This document shows positions 19,001 to 27,762 of a stretch of 64,000 bases of DNA, one piece after another; the stretch's first letter is position 1, and each line of letters begins with the position of its first letter. Below the pieces are notes generated by a model. The model was given only the letters and a program-made list of their open reading frames with translations. It had not been told where the DNA came from and searched no databases. The position numbers were made by a program, and so were the translations under genes. Origin of the DNA: a virus (lineage: Duplodnaviria > Caudoviricetes); the IMG/VR virus record IMGVR_UViG_3300028805_000074, positions 58,575 through 122,574 of that record; one strand, written 5' to 3'.

Positions 19001-21137
19001 GCAGCCCCATGCCGTCAATCGGCTGGCTGGCCTCGCTACTCACGGCATACTGCGTATAGATTTTCTCGTTGTATCTGTTGCTGGCACAGGCATACTGGTC
19101 CAGGTTGCGGTCATACTTCACCGTCACCTCCACCTTTGCGCCGTAGTCGTTGCCAGCCATCGAAAAGAACTCCGAGGCGAAGTCTTCGTAAATCTTGCAG
19201 TCCACCCATCGCTCACCCAGATTGAAGTCCAAATCGTCGAAGGGGATAGGCTCAGGCACTGCCTTCTTCAGTGCATCCAAGGAGCGGCGGATATAAGCCT
19301 CCGTCCTGTCTCCCCGTTTCGCCACGTCTGCCGTTCCGTGCGCTTCCTCTGCCGCCGTTCCGTGCTCGGCGGTAGTGCCGCCGAGGTCAGGGTACTTCTG
19401 CAGGATAGCATCTATCTTCTCAATCACATTCCCGCTGATAAAGCGAGCCTTGATTTCCCACTCCTCGCTCAGGGGGTTATAGTATATCTCCCCGTCCAGC
19501 TCGTCGCATATCTCTTCCTCGCTCTTGCCAGTCAGCGCAGCCATATAGCGCACATCGGGCTTGCCGTAGTCGTTCAGGCTCTGCGCCAGCGCCTCGTGAG
19601 CATCCGTCACGCTGTGCATCTCGTCCGTCGAGAAAGCCACCGGCCTGTCGAAGATGTCAGCCTTGCGCCATTGTCCGTCCTCCAGTATCTCCAGTGTCAG
19701 CAGTTCTGCGATATTGCCAAAGCCTTTGATAGCCTTTATGAACTTCACGTTCTCCGGCTTGTTCAGCGGGCCCCATTTTTCAACGAAGCCGTCATAGAGG
19801 CGGTTTATCTCCTTTCGGAGTTCCGGCTGCTCAGCCATCTCCTCCGCTTCCTTCTTGTACAACATCTGATAGTCGAAGCAAAGCTCTCGCAAAATACTCT
19901 CCTTAATAGTCATCCTCTCCTCCTTGCGCTCCTGCTTCTCGCTCTTGGCCTTCTCCTTGCCCTTTTGGTCGTCACGCCCCCCGTCTTTCGGAGAGGGGTT
20001 GGTGGTGAGGTTTTTCTTCAAGTCCTTCGCCAGCACCTCGCCCAGCTGCTGTGCAATCCCCTGCACACCGCCCTCATGGCGATACACGAAGCCCGGCTTG
20101 CCGTAAGCATCTGTGCCAGCTATTGTTTCCGTAGCAATCACCCGCTCCGGCCACATATCGAAGTACATATTCGTCGGGCATCCCCCGTCCTCATACTGCG
20201 TCAGTAGCATTGTCTCTTCCTCGGTCAGTTCACCTCGCTTCGAGTCCTTCTGCATCACTAAGAGGTCGGTGCCTACCTCGGTGCCGCTCTCCTTGAAGAG
20301 ATTGTTCGCCAACCGATACGCCCCGATGAGCCGTGCATACTTCAGCGCCTCGCCCAGCTGCTCACTGTCACGGTTCAGGTAGTTGCTGGTGATGATATAC
20401 GCCAGCACCCCACCCTCTCGCAGACAGTCCAGCCCTTTCAGCACATAGTAGCGGTGGATCATCTTCGCCGCCTCCCTGCGCACCTGGCTCTTCGAGTTCG
20501 TATAGTCCGGATCGAACACGCGGATGTCGCCAAACGGAACATTCGTGCTCACCAGGTCATACTTGCCCAGCTCGCTTGCGGGGATAGTCTCGAAGCCCTT
20601 CACACGGATGTCGAACTTCTCTTCAGTGGAAGCCTTTTCGAGTATTAAGCCTGTCAGCAAGTCCTTCTCGTAGGCCACGCATTTCAGATTCACGCCGTCT
20701 GCACGTGCCATAATCTCAGCATGGCGCATGAAGATACCCTCACCAGCAGCAGGGTCGAGCATCATACCCTGATAATGCTGAAAGTCGTATCTGCTGTTGA
20801 GCTTACCATAAAAAGCCTCGCTGATTCGGAACAGCAGCATAGCCGTTACGTCGCCCGGTGTATAGTACGCCGTCAGCGTGCTCGCCTTCAGGCTCTCCAC
20901 CCATGCCTGATATTCCTTGTCGCTATTGCTTGCGTCTCTCAGCAGCTCATGCAGCCACGCGGTATCCTGGTAATACATCATGTCGCTCTTGCTCCATGCC
21001 GTCGGCTCCAGCGGGTTCAGCACGAATGTCATACCCCCGAAGCCCGTGTACTTATCCATCACCGATGCGTCGCCGTTCCCGGTCAGCGCATACTCAATAG
21101 CCGCGATGTTGTCTCTCAGTCTTTGTAATTTGCTCAT
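16020..21137 (-). CDS. DarB-like N6-adenine DNA methyltransferase fused to an SF2 (SNF2-like) helicase
   Basis: MTase motifs LDPAAGEG and STNVPFG; helicase motifs HEVGSGKT, DESH, SGT and EQRDGRAVRKGN; start moved to ATG 21137. Confidence 0.85.
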   Translation of the reverse strand: MSKLQRLRDNIAAIEYALTGNGDASVMDKYTGFGGMTFVLNPLEPTAWSKSDMMYYQDTAWLHELLRDASNSDKEYQAWVESLKASTLTAYYTPGDVTAMLLFRISEAFYGKLNSRYDFQHYQGMMLDPAAGEGIFMRHAEIMARADGVNLKCVAYEKDLLTGLILEKASTEEKFDIRVKGFETIPASELGKYDLVSTNVPFGDIRVFDPDYTNSKSQVRREAAKMIHRYYVLKGLDCLREGGVLAYIITSNYLNRDSEQLGEALKYARLIGAYRLANNLFKESGTEVGTDLLVMQKDSKRGELTEEETMLLTQYEDGGCPTNMYFDMWPERVIATETIAGTDAYGKPGFVYRHEGGVQGIAQQLGEVLAKDLKKNLTTNPSPKDGGRDDQKGKEKAKSEKQERKEERMTIKESILRELCFDYQMLYKKEAEEMAEQPELRKEINRLYDGFVEKWGPLNKPENVKFIKAIKGFGNIAELLTLEILEDGQWRKADIFDRPVAFSTDEMHSVTDAHEALAQSLNDYGKPDVRYMAALTGKSEEEICDELDGEIYYNPLSEEWEIKARFISGNVIEKIDAILQKYPDLGGTTAEHGTAAEEAHGTADVAKRGDRTEAYIRRSLDALKKAVPEPIPFDDLDFNLGERWVDCKIYEDFASEFFSMAGNDYGAKVEVTVKYDRNLDQYACASNRYNEKIYTQYAVSSEASQPIDGMGLLQHALLNSCPKMMKYRRDERGRKIQQGKSYAKDEDPEATQKANTLIEEIRQGYQDWLLRQPKELRDALTEKYNRLFNCHVKPQFDGSHQRFPGIDWAGLEAKYGIPQPVYKDGKKVSGGLYKSQEDCIWMLTMNGGGICDHEVGSGKTLIMCLAAHEMKRLGFCHKPMIIGLKANVAAIAETYMTAYPKAHVLYAKHADYSGKERENFFNRMKNNDWDVVIMSHDQFGFIPQSDEVQADVIREELNHLNESLSALYGSYDSVSSRLKRGLEKKKANLQSKLQDLQYSIRKRTDDVVDFRMMGIDHIFIDESHQFKNLGFTTRHDRVAGLGNSEGSKRAYNLLMAIRTIQQRTGRDLGATFLSGTTITNSLTELYSLFRYLRPQAMAKQGITCFDAWAAIFTRKTQEYEFGLTNQIVLKERFRYFIKVPELAQFYNEITDYRTAKDVGIERPEKYARLMHIEPTPDQEEFIHTLMRFAETGDFKLIGINNPTKQQEMAKMLYATDLARKMSLDMRLIDPAYGDHPRSKASMCAKMVAQYYHKYDAVKGTQMIFSDLSTWQNDGKFNIYEEIKRKLVEDYGIPASEIRFIQEARCDTKKKKLIHEVNDGDVRILFGSTSMLGTGVNAQERVVAVHHLDTPWRPADLEQRDGRAVRKGNVIARDYGDNKVDVIIYAVKRSLDAYKFNLLHCKQTFIQQLKQGQLGKRTLDEGSMDEKGNMNFAEYMAILSGNTDLLERAKLDKKIAALEVEKKNFHRDQRQAEERRDRLQKDVERLKQDVLDAQADQQQYDAQKQLGEQGEVLNALVLDGFTVPETDANGKPLDYAGQQKALGERLWRIEQTARTQGVRLKVGSLYGFDLMVKTNEQIIHDADGNESMEYTNLFSLQGNRILHTVNNGKLSHLSPRLAAEYALRCLQELPRRIADWQRWIADNNVTIRQLAELLKQTWPKEDELRRAKADLAKLDRKINAEMNGKKSNGGSEGSASESDGGLKQAA

Positions 21138-21157
21138 ATCTCGTTGTCGTTTTAGTT

Positions 21158-21325
21158 TCACTTATCATTCCTGAACGCACCATCTCTATCCAGACGGTCA
21201 TAGAGGTGTCCCCAGTCAGCCTCCGACACATAGTCAGTCATAAGGTTCACCACTGCCATTCCGCTGTCACCATAAAGATCATCTATCATCTCGATAACCT
21301 TAGCTCTTTTCTTTTCGTTGTCCAT
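21158..21325 (-). CDS. Small hypothetical protein (55 aa, MDNEKKRAKV...)
   Basis: Read by hand. Confidence 0.55.
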   Translation of the reverse strand: MDNEKKRAKVIEMIDDLYGDSGMAVVNLMTDYVSEADWGHLYDRLDRDGAFRNDK

Positions 21326-21353
21326 AACCCGTATTGTTTTTGATTGTTAAATG

Positions 21354-21385
21354 TTTGGTCATTCCAAAAATTGTTCGTACCTTTG
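21354..21385 (+). promoter_or_regulatory. Bacteroidetes sigma-A promoter, antisense to the operon
   Basis: TTTG-N20-TACCTTTG. Confidence 0.7.
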
Positions 21386-21495
21386 CCGCAGATTTGCGGC
21401 GAAAACCTGAGAGGGCGGCGTTAGCAGCACCACCCTCCGAGGTTAGAAGAACCTCGACCGGATTCGGATCCGGAAGAGTCGCATCTTCCAAACCC
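21386..21495 (+). ncRNA. Candidate antisense sRNA with five consecutive hairpins
   Basis: Directly after the promoter; inverted repeats GCCGCA/TGCGGC, GAGGG/CCCTC, CGAGGTT/AACCTCG, CCGGAT/ATCCGG, GGAAGA/TCTTCC. Confidence 0.5.
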
Positions 21496-21517
21496 TAAAA
21501 TAAATTACTTCTATCAT
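21443..21517 (-). CDS. 24-aa cationic/hydrophobic peptide MIEVIYFRVWKMRLFRIRIRSRFF
   Basis: AAAAAATTACGAGTATG start context; overlaps the antisense RNA. Confidence 0.45.
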   Translation of the reverse strand: MIEVIYFRVWKMRLFRIRIRSRFF

Positions 21518-21606
21518 ACTCGTAATTTTTTTAGGTGGACAATGAGCCATACGGCCCGGGAGCGACTTTCGCTCCTTTTTTTATGACATGTTCTTCCGCA
21601 TGGACT

Positions 21607-21837
21607 TTATATGCAGTCTGCAAACATGATGTCGAAATTACTGCGGGTAACACCGCCGCCTTCCTTTGCAAGGCAGCAGCAACGGCACCCAAGCACGTCA
21701 TAGTGGTAGTCTTTCAGTGCCTGTGCGACCACATCCAGGTTCTCCCTTGTGCAGCACACGTCTACGGTCTTTTCGGGATATCCGCTAAACCCGTCACCCA
21801 TGATCAGTACTTCGTAATGTTTCTTTTCGTTTGCCAT
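21607..21837 (-). CDS. Hypothetical protein
   Basis: ACGACTATG start context. Confidence 0.6.
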   Translation of the reverse strand: MANEKKHYEVLIMGDGFSGYPEKTVDVCCTRENLDVVAQALKDYHYDVLGCRCCCLAKEGGGVTRSNFDIMFADCI

Positions 21838-21849
21838 AGTCGTTTCGTT

Positions 21850-22221
21850 TTAGTCGTTAATCACTTTCACCTTCATGCCCTTCTTTTGCAGGGAGTCGTT
21901 GATTAGGTCTGTCACATTCTGCTTGTCGCCGATGGCAGAAAGCACCAGCCCGCAGTCCTTTATCAGTGCGTTGACGACACCAGCTATATAGCAGGGGAAG
22001 TTGGTATAGGCATCTTCGCGGAATTTCTTCATCAACGTTTCCACCGTGTACGTTCCATGCAGTTCGCCGGCATCGTCGGCATGTCTCAGCGTGACCTTGT
22101 AGAGCCATCGTCCCTTGCTGTCGTCGAGCCACTTGATGCGCTCACACCACTTCACACAATACAGATTGCCGAACATCATCATCTGTTCAGATGTTGCCTT
22201 AACCTTAATGTCACTCTCCAT
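21850..22221 (-). CDS. Hypothetical protein
   Basis: ORF. Confidence 0.65.
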   Translation of the reverse strand: MESDIKVKATSEQMMMFGNLYCVKWCERIKWLDDSKGRWLYKVTLRHADDAGELHGTYTVETLMKKFREDAYTNFPCYIAGVVNALIKDCGLVLSAIGDKQNVTDLINDSLQKKGMKVKVIND

Positions 22222-22235
22222 AGTCTCAATTCGTT

Positions 22236-22877
22236 TTAGATGTCATCAAATGTCACATTCTCAATGTCCGTCTTGTCAACCTCCATGTAGTCGCACCATC
22301 CGTCGCCGGCCTCGATGCCCTCGATGAACGCCTTGCGCTCGGTCTCAGTGTCGAACTCTCGTATCACGATACTGCCGTCACCGTCGCGGCACACCTCATG
22401 CAATCCCTCGAAGTCCTGCTCATCGTAGCGGCTGGTAGCACGGGAACCGAACACCACGGCGCACTTGAATTTCTGCGGCTCCACCGGCACCTCGTCCAGC
22501 CCCAGCTCCCGCTCCAGACACTCATAGACGTTGAGCATCGTGAGATGCGCCACGTCGTCGTCGAACAGTTCACGACAGTCATACTCACCCTCGCACTGCA
22601 TCTTGAAACGCGGATGCTCGCCGTCGATGAAGCTGACAGAGAATACGCAGCAGTCCTCGCCGCTGTTGTACTTGTCGAACCAGATGACATACGGACAGTG
22701 GTTGTCGCGGAAGTCCTCGTAGTTCTCCACATGTTCCTCGCCCTCGTGCTCCTCCAGATACTCCTCCTCGTCGGCAGGACAGAACTGCACAAGCACGATG
22801 TTCTCGGCTCTCATTTTCTCGATGATGCGCTGGCGCACCTCGTTCACCAGCGGATAGATGTCTTTAATGTGTCTCAT
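22236..22877 (-). CDS. Acidic hypothetical protein
   Basis: 213-aa ORF. Confidence 0.7.
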   Translation of the reverse strand: MRHIKDIYPLVNEVRQRIIEKMRAENIVLVQFCPADEEEYLEEHEGEEHVENYEDFRDNHCPYVIWFDKYNSGEDCCVFSVSFIDGEHPRFKMQCEGEYDCRELFDDDVAHLTMLNVYECLERELGLDEVPVEPQKFKCAVVFGSRATSRYDEQDFEGLHEVCRDGDGSIVIREFDTETERKAFIEGIEAGDGWCDYMEVDKTDIENVTFDDI

Positions 22878-22917
22878 ATAATTCTTGTTTAATTCTTTAT
22901 AATTTCTTTCCCATCAA

Positions 22918-24318
22918 CTAAGCGGCCTGTCGTGCAGTCCGCTTAGTCTTCTTAGTAGTCACCTTCACATAGCTCGTCCTGTCGAACACATACCGCACAG
23001 CCGTGCCGATATGCACACGTCTTGTTCCGTCGGCCTGCTCGTGGCAGCGGCATAGCGTAGCGCCCTCGTCGCCGACACTCACGCCCACCATCAGGTGCAG
23101 CATCGTCCAGTCGTCGTCCGAGACTGTCACCTCGTCGTCGATGTCGCCCTGACTGAATGCCTCCGTCACGCCGCCCAGCTGTTGCAGGATGCGGGCCTTC
23201 GTCAGCACGTTCATCTTGCGGTTGAAGTCGGCCACGTTGATAGTCACCCGTCCGAAGCGCTCCTGCCAGGGAGTAGGCTCCGTCAGCTGCAGCCAGTCGT
23301 TGAAAAGGTCGGCGGCAACGACCACCTCTCTCACCGTAGGCCCGTCCTCCCATGTCACCGATGACTCGCCGTAGCGGTTGGTCTTGATGGTGAACGTCAC
23401 CACAGGGAACTTCCCCTTCAGCACCGTCTTCAGGTTACTCACGGCCACCGTCTGCTGCTCTGCGTCGGTCAGTCCCCGGCTGATAGTGATTAGCTTCGGC
23501 GCCCACTCGTCTATCAGCGGCTTTTGCTCCGCCTCAATCCTCGCCTTGCGCTCCGCCTCGATGCGCTGCTGCTCCTGCTGCTCGTGGCGTATCTGTGCCA
23601 GCATGGCATCGAGCTGCTGCTGATACATCTCGCCGTAGCCGCATGGCATATAGAAGCGGCTTATCATCGGGTCGCCCATGGGGCTGCCCAACACGCAGTA
23701 GCTTGGCGAGCGGAACATCACTACCTTCGCCACGCGCTTGGCCTTGCGGATGCCGTTGGCAGGGTCGGCACTCTGTATCGTCTCCCATCCGCCCCACGGT
23801 CCGCCGCCGGGCATCTCATAGTTCAGGTCGTTGTTCATCAGCTGCTCGTCGCTCAGCTCCACGATAGTCTCTACCATCACCACCGCTTCGTCGGCCAGTC
23901 CATTCGTCAGCACCTCACGCAGCAGCGGCTCCATACGGGCAAAGACCATAGCCGCCTTGCCAACGTTCACCTGCCGTGCATAGATGAAGTCGCCCGCCTT
24001 CAGTTCGCCCGGTCGCTTCTGCTTGTTGCGCCGTGCCTGCTCCAGCACCTCGGCCAGCCGGTTACGTTCGCGCTCCTTGCGCTCCCGTTCCTCTCGCTCC
24101 CGGCGCTCCCGCTCTCTCCGCTCACGCCCCTTGGCACTCTTGCGGTAGTCGCCGTTCAGCTCAGCCTTGCGTTCCTCATACTGCTGCTGCATCTCCTGGA
24201 ACTTAGCCGTAGCCTCCGGATCGTTAGGATTCCTGTCCGGGTGCATCTTAATCACGAGCCTTCTGTGCTCCTGCTCCAGCTGCTCGTGGGTCATACAGTT
24301 TGCAAAATATTCCACCAT
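22918..24318 (-). CDS. J-domain protein with an LPD29-like C-terminal domain
   Basis: KMHPDRNP...ATAKFQEMQQQY J-domain; LKGKFPVVTFTIK...VTWEDGPT resembles LPD29. Confidence 0.65.
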   Translation of the reverse strand: MVEYFANCMTHEQLEQEHRRLVIKMHPDRNPNDPEATAKFQEMQQQYEERKAELNGDYRKSAKGRERRERERREREERERKERERNRLAEVLEQARRNKQKRPGELKAGDFIYARQVNVGKAAMVFARMEPLLREVLTNGLADEAVVMVETIVELSDEQLMNNDLNYEMPGGGPWGGWETIQSADPANGIRKAKRVAKVVMFRSPSYCVLGSPMGDPMISRFYMPCGYGEMYQQQLDAMLAQIRHEQQEQQRIEAERKARIEAEQKPLIDEWAPKLITISRGLTDAEQQTVAVSNLKTVLKGKFPVVTFTIKTNRYGESSVTWEDGPTVREVVVAADLFNDWLQLTEPTPWQERFGRVTINVADFNRKMNVLTKARILQQLGGVTEAFSQGDIDDEVTVSDDDWTMLHLMVGVSVGDEGATLCRCHEQADGTRRVHIGTAVRYVFDRTSYVKVTTKKTKRTARQAA

Positions 24319-24353
24319 GATAATTTTCGATTTACTGATCTTCGATTTACTAT

Positions 24354-25325
24354 TTATGCCGCCTGCTGATAGTGCTTCAGCAGTGCCTCCCGCAGCCTTT
24401 CGGCAAACGTCGGCTCCTGTGCTCGTTCCGTATGCTGCGGTATCTCCGCAGACCTCGCCGCCTTAGTAGCCTTGCTCACGCCCTGCGCCTCGCCCTTCAG
24501 CCACCGCTCCAGGTCGAAGCGGTCGCAGTCCTTGCTCTCTACCTTGCAGCCCATGCCGCTGTCATCGTTCACCAGCAGCGGCATCAGCAGCATCAGCGTG
24601 TCGGCACTGTAGAACATTACCGGACGGACATTCTCCACAAACCGCATCGCCGTAGGCTCGAAGGCCAGGATAGTCTGCAGCTTCTTTCCGGCGAAGGTGG
24701 CAAACATCTTGTAGGGCATCTGCCCCACGTCCAGATCCTGCTTCATCACCTCGTCGCCGTTCCAGTCGCAGTGACTCATGCGCAGCGTCTTGTCGCCACG
24801 CTCGCCGTAGAGCCTCACGGAGTACTGCGGTCCGTCATCGTCCTTATCCATCGTCTTCAGCATGCCGCCCAGCGACGAGTTCCATGCCTTGGCATCCACG
24901 TCAATCGCCCAGCCCGTATTCCACGGCATTACGCTCCGCCAGTGTGGATAGCGGGTGGTCTGCTCCATCTCAGCGGTGGCACCCTGGCCGTCGATGACGC
25001 GCACCGTCTCGTTGCCCTGACCATCGCCCATAATCTCCACCGTCACCGTGCCCTTCATCGCCAGCACCTCCACGGGCAGCGTCCTCGTGCCGTTCACCAC
25101 CAGCACGCCCTCGCCCAGCTCGCAGCGGTAGTCCTTCAGCTTCGTCACTGCCAGGATATGCCCGTTGGTAGCTATCATCAGTCCCGTCTCCACCTCGATG
25201 GCGGGGTGGGTAACATAATCACGGAGGTCTTTCTTCTCCAGACACTTCTTCAAGTTCTTCACCATCTTGTCGACCACGAACGTTATCCGTGCCGTCAATG
25301 TCATGTTGTCATTCTCTTTTGCCAT
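24354..25325 (-). CDS. DNA polymerase III beta-clamp-like protein (partial fold)
   Basis: IATNGHILA, RYPHWRSVMP and LMLLMPL match clamp motifs ATDGHRL, YPxyxxviP and liMP. Confidence 0.6.
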   Translation of the reverse strand: MAKENDNMTLTARITFVVDKMVKNLKKCLEKKDLRDYVTHPAIEVETGLMIATNGHILAVTKLKDYRCELGEGVLVVNGTRTLPVEVLAMKGTVTVEIMGDGQGNETVRVIDGQGATAEMEQTTRYPHWRSVMPWNTGWAIDVDAKAWNSSLGGMLKTMDKDDDGPQYSVRLYGERGDKTLRMSHCDWNGDEVMKQDLDVGQMPYKMFATFAGKKLQTILAFEPTAMRFVENVRPVMFYSADTLMLLMPLLVNDDSGMGCKVESKDCDRFDLERWLKGEAQGVSKATKAARSAEIPQHTERAQEPTFAERLREALLKHYQQAA

Positions 25326-25563
25326 AGTCGTATATCTTTTTAGGGGTAAATAATTCTCGATACAAAAAGAGCGGCCATGCTTCACAGCAGAGCCGCCCCA
25401 TCAACATTCAAAATCAACTTTACAAGTTATGAAAAATTCGTTTAAGCCAGATGACCAAAGCGAAGCTCGCTTCGGCTTTGGCATGGCGTAGAATTTTCGA
25501 CCGTCAGGTCACATAGTGCCCCGCATCCCATCGAAGGGCAGGTTAATCCGTGCGGGGCTGTAG

Positions 25564-25983
25564 TTAGATCTTCGCCAGTATCTCATCGAAGTCACACTCA
25601 CTCTCCCACCACTCCTCGGGAAGGCCGTTCTCCTCACCGAACTCCTCAAGCAGGTCGACAACCCTGTCGCAGTCCATGGTGTTCCTGTCGGGAATGATGT
25701 GTGCCTCGTAGCACTGATTCATTTCCGCCTTTAGGATATCCAAGTCGCAGCCGTCCATGTTCTCACGGATATAACGGATGGCTCTTCCAAGTGTCGAATT
25801 GTCCGGCTCGCTCTCGTTGACGGCCTCGAACTTGTGGAAGATATAGTGCCCGTCCCTGACGTACTGCCACGGGTCGTCTCCTATCCAGTTGCCCACGATA
25901 GTCTTTGCCTGTTCCTCACTCTCCGCATCCACCTCGATGCGGCACGACATGGTGATATCCACGTCCACATTAAATCTCCTCAT
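25564..25983 (-). CDS. Hypothetical protein, DpnD/PcfM-like N-terminus
   Basis: FNVDVDITMSCRIEVDAESEEQA pattern. Confidence 0.55.
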   Translation of the reverse strand: MRRFNVDVDITMSCRIEVDAESEEQAKTIVGNWIGDDPWQYVRDGHYIFHKFEAVNESEPDNSTLGRAIRYIRENMDGCDLDILKAEMNQCYEAHIIPDRNTMDCDRVVDLLEEFGEENGLPEEWWESECDFDEILAKI

Positions 25984-25999
25984 AATCGCTACTTGTTTT

Positions 26000-26494
26000 T
26001 TAGTAATGATAGTCTATCACCGCACCGATGTAGAGCTTGCGCCCTTTCCGCATCTTCATGTCGGCGACATACTCTATCAACATGTCGGCAGGCGAAGCAT
26101 ACTCGCACCAGTCCTTGATAGCGAACCGCTTGGCTGTGTCGAGGCAGGTCTCGTCGCACATGGCCTTCACCGTGTAGCGCGGCGTGTGCTGCAGCACCGT
26201 GTCTGCAGTCACCTTTCCAGCCGCCTCGCGGATAGCCGATGCCCACCGCTCGCAGAACGTCCTGAGTGCATCGACACCCTTGAACACCAGCGCCTCGCCC
26301 GTCTCGTCGAGCACAAACAGATCCTTCACCGTGTCGGCCAGACTCTCTATACACTCGCGGCGTTCGTCGCCCTTCATCTCGTCGCCGATATAGTCGGCGA
26401 AATCCCCGCTGTTCTCATAGAAATCGCTGGGGCTTGCATACTCGTCTTCGGCAATAGGCTTGCTCGAAATCTGATAAATCTTGCTGTGACTCAT
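26000..26494 (-). CDS. Hypothetical protein
   Basis: 164-aa ORF, ACGACTATG start. Confidence 0.7.
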   Translation of the reverse strand: MSHSKIYQISSKPIAEDEYASPSDFYENSGDFADYIGDEMKGDERRECIESLADTVKDLFVLDETGEALVFKGVDALRTFCERWASAIREAAGKVTADTVLQHTPRYTVKAMCDETCLDTAKRFAIKDWCEYASPADMLIEYVADMKMRKGRKLYIGAVIDYHY

Positions 26495-26509
26495 AGTCGT
26501 TACTCGTTT

Positions 26510-26896
26510 TTAATCACACTCGAAATAGAATATCACGTTCAACTTATCCTGGAGCTCGTAGAACTCCACCACCAGCCTTTCGTTATCAGGGCACTCCCAC
26601 GCCTTAAACTCCTGCTTATAGGAGTCGAAGATGCGGCGGCGGGTGTCCTCCCAATCCTCCGTCCCCGGAACGGCCAGCAGCGTGATGGTCACGCAGTTGT
26701 CGCCCCACTTCCAGCGGGCGTCCACCAGTCCGCTCTCACACTCCACACCGTCCTCGATGACGGTCTTGCGCCCTATCAGGTGGCGCATACCACGCTTGCG
26801 GTGGTCGTGTGCCGCGTCGAAGTCCCCGAATACCTCGTCCTCGAACGGGTCTTCCATCAAGTTCTTGTTGTCAATAGGTGCTTTAACTTTCTCCAT
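26510..26896 (-). CDS. Acidic hypothetical protein
   Basis: 128-aa ORF directly downstream of ncRNA array B. Confidence 0.7.
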   Translation of the reverse strand: MEKVKAPIDNKNLMEDPFEDEVFGDFDAAHDHRKRGMRHLIGRKTVIEDGVECESGLVDARWKWGDNCVTITLLAVPGTEDWEDTRRRIFDSYKQEFKAWECPDNERLVVEFYELQDKLNVIFYFECD

Positions 26897-26927
26897 AATC
26901 GTTTCGTTTTTAATCCGTTATTCGCCT

Positions 26928-27103
26928 GCCTCGCGGAGTGGCATAGCTCTTTACTCGATTGATGATAGGGCAGTGTGGGAAGCACAGACTGAAGCTGGCC
27001 CCGCGATAATCTTTCGCGGTTCCAGCTTCAGACAGGGCTTATCCTGACACTGCCATCTGAAATCGTTCCGCTCTACAGTCGTCATTAGGCTGTATGCGCA
27101 GCC
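26928..27103 (-). ncRNA. RT-associated structured ncRNA unit B4
   Basis: Closing helix GCGGA(26933)/TCCGC(27067); CTTTA-N7-GATG; long hairpin 26969-27054; small hairpin 27088-27103 with TATGC loop. Confidence 0.75.
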
Positions 27104-27138
27104 AATGTTCAATGTTCAATGCTCAATGTTCAATGTTC
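27104..27138. repeat. Heptamer tandem repeat (AATGTTC)n between ncRNA units
   Basis: aatgttcaatgttcaatgctcaatgttcaatgttc. Confidence 0.8.
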
Positions 27139-27145
27139 TCCCGCT

Positions 27146-27300
27146 CATCATCCTCGGCGCATCGCTCTATCGCGTTGATGATTAACAGCGCAAGAACCCT
27201 GGTCTTGACACTGGGAAATGTTCCCAGTGGAATACCAGGGTCTATGAGCTGTCAAGCTAAAGCGTTGGATGCCTTGCGGCTGTGTAGGGTGCGCTCCCCT
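27146..27300 (-). ncRNA. RT-associated structured ncRNA unit B3
   Basis: CATCC(27149)/GGATG(27267); CTCTA-N7-GATG; long hairpin 27185-27252; GCGCA/TGCGC loop complement. Confidence 0.7.
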
Positions 27301-27304
27301 GCCC

Positions 27305-27476
27305 TGCTATCGGACGTGGCACATGGTCTTTATCTCGTCGATAACAAACAGTGTCTTGGACGGCGGCCGGCCGGCGTCGTCGGACGTTAGACGGACGACG
27401 CCTGCCGGCCGCCGTCCGTTACGACACTGTTGCTTTGAAACTCTGTCCGTCTCGCAGGCTCATAGGCTGTGCTGCC
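27305..27476 (-). ncRNA. RT-associated structured ncRNA unit B2
   Basis: CGGAC(27311)/GTCCG(27445); CTTTA-N7-GATA; long hairpin 27347-27431; TGTGC loop. Confidence 0.75.
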
Positions 27477-27572
27477 CGGCTTATTGTTCTGTGCTCCTGC
27501 CTTGGGCTTCGCCCGAGACAGTCTGCACTCAGCATAGTCGATGCAAGCATCGCTTTGCTTTCGTTTGCTCCT

Positions 27573-27725
27573 GCCTTGCGGCATGGCATAGTGCTTTACT
27601 CTTGCGATGGAAAGTGATCCGACGTAAGAGATGAGTCCTGAGACATAGGGTCAGGACTCATCTCTGTTAAGACGGATCACTCTAAACACTCGCCGCCCTA
27701 CAGGAGCCTGGCGGTATGCGCCGCC
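27573..27725 (-). ncRNA. RT-associated structured ncRNA unit B1
   Basis: GCGGC(27578)/GCCGC(27692); CTTTA-N7-GATG; long hairpin 27613-27681; small hairpin 27710-27725 with TATGC loop. Confidence 0.75.
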
Positions 27726-27762
27726 CTCGTCCAGTAGACTGCGGTAGCTCCGCAGTCCCTCC

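Noticed and set aside
16908-20207. Long plus-strand ORFs (369 and 598 aa) and similar antisense ORFs elsewhere
   Set aside because: These are shadow frames of GC3-rich genes on the opposite strand, with no motifs or start contexts.
8636-26500. Recurrent ACGACTATG motif as a regulatory repeat
   Set aside because: It is the ordinary Shine-Dalgarno-less Bacteroidetes start-codon context.
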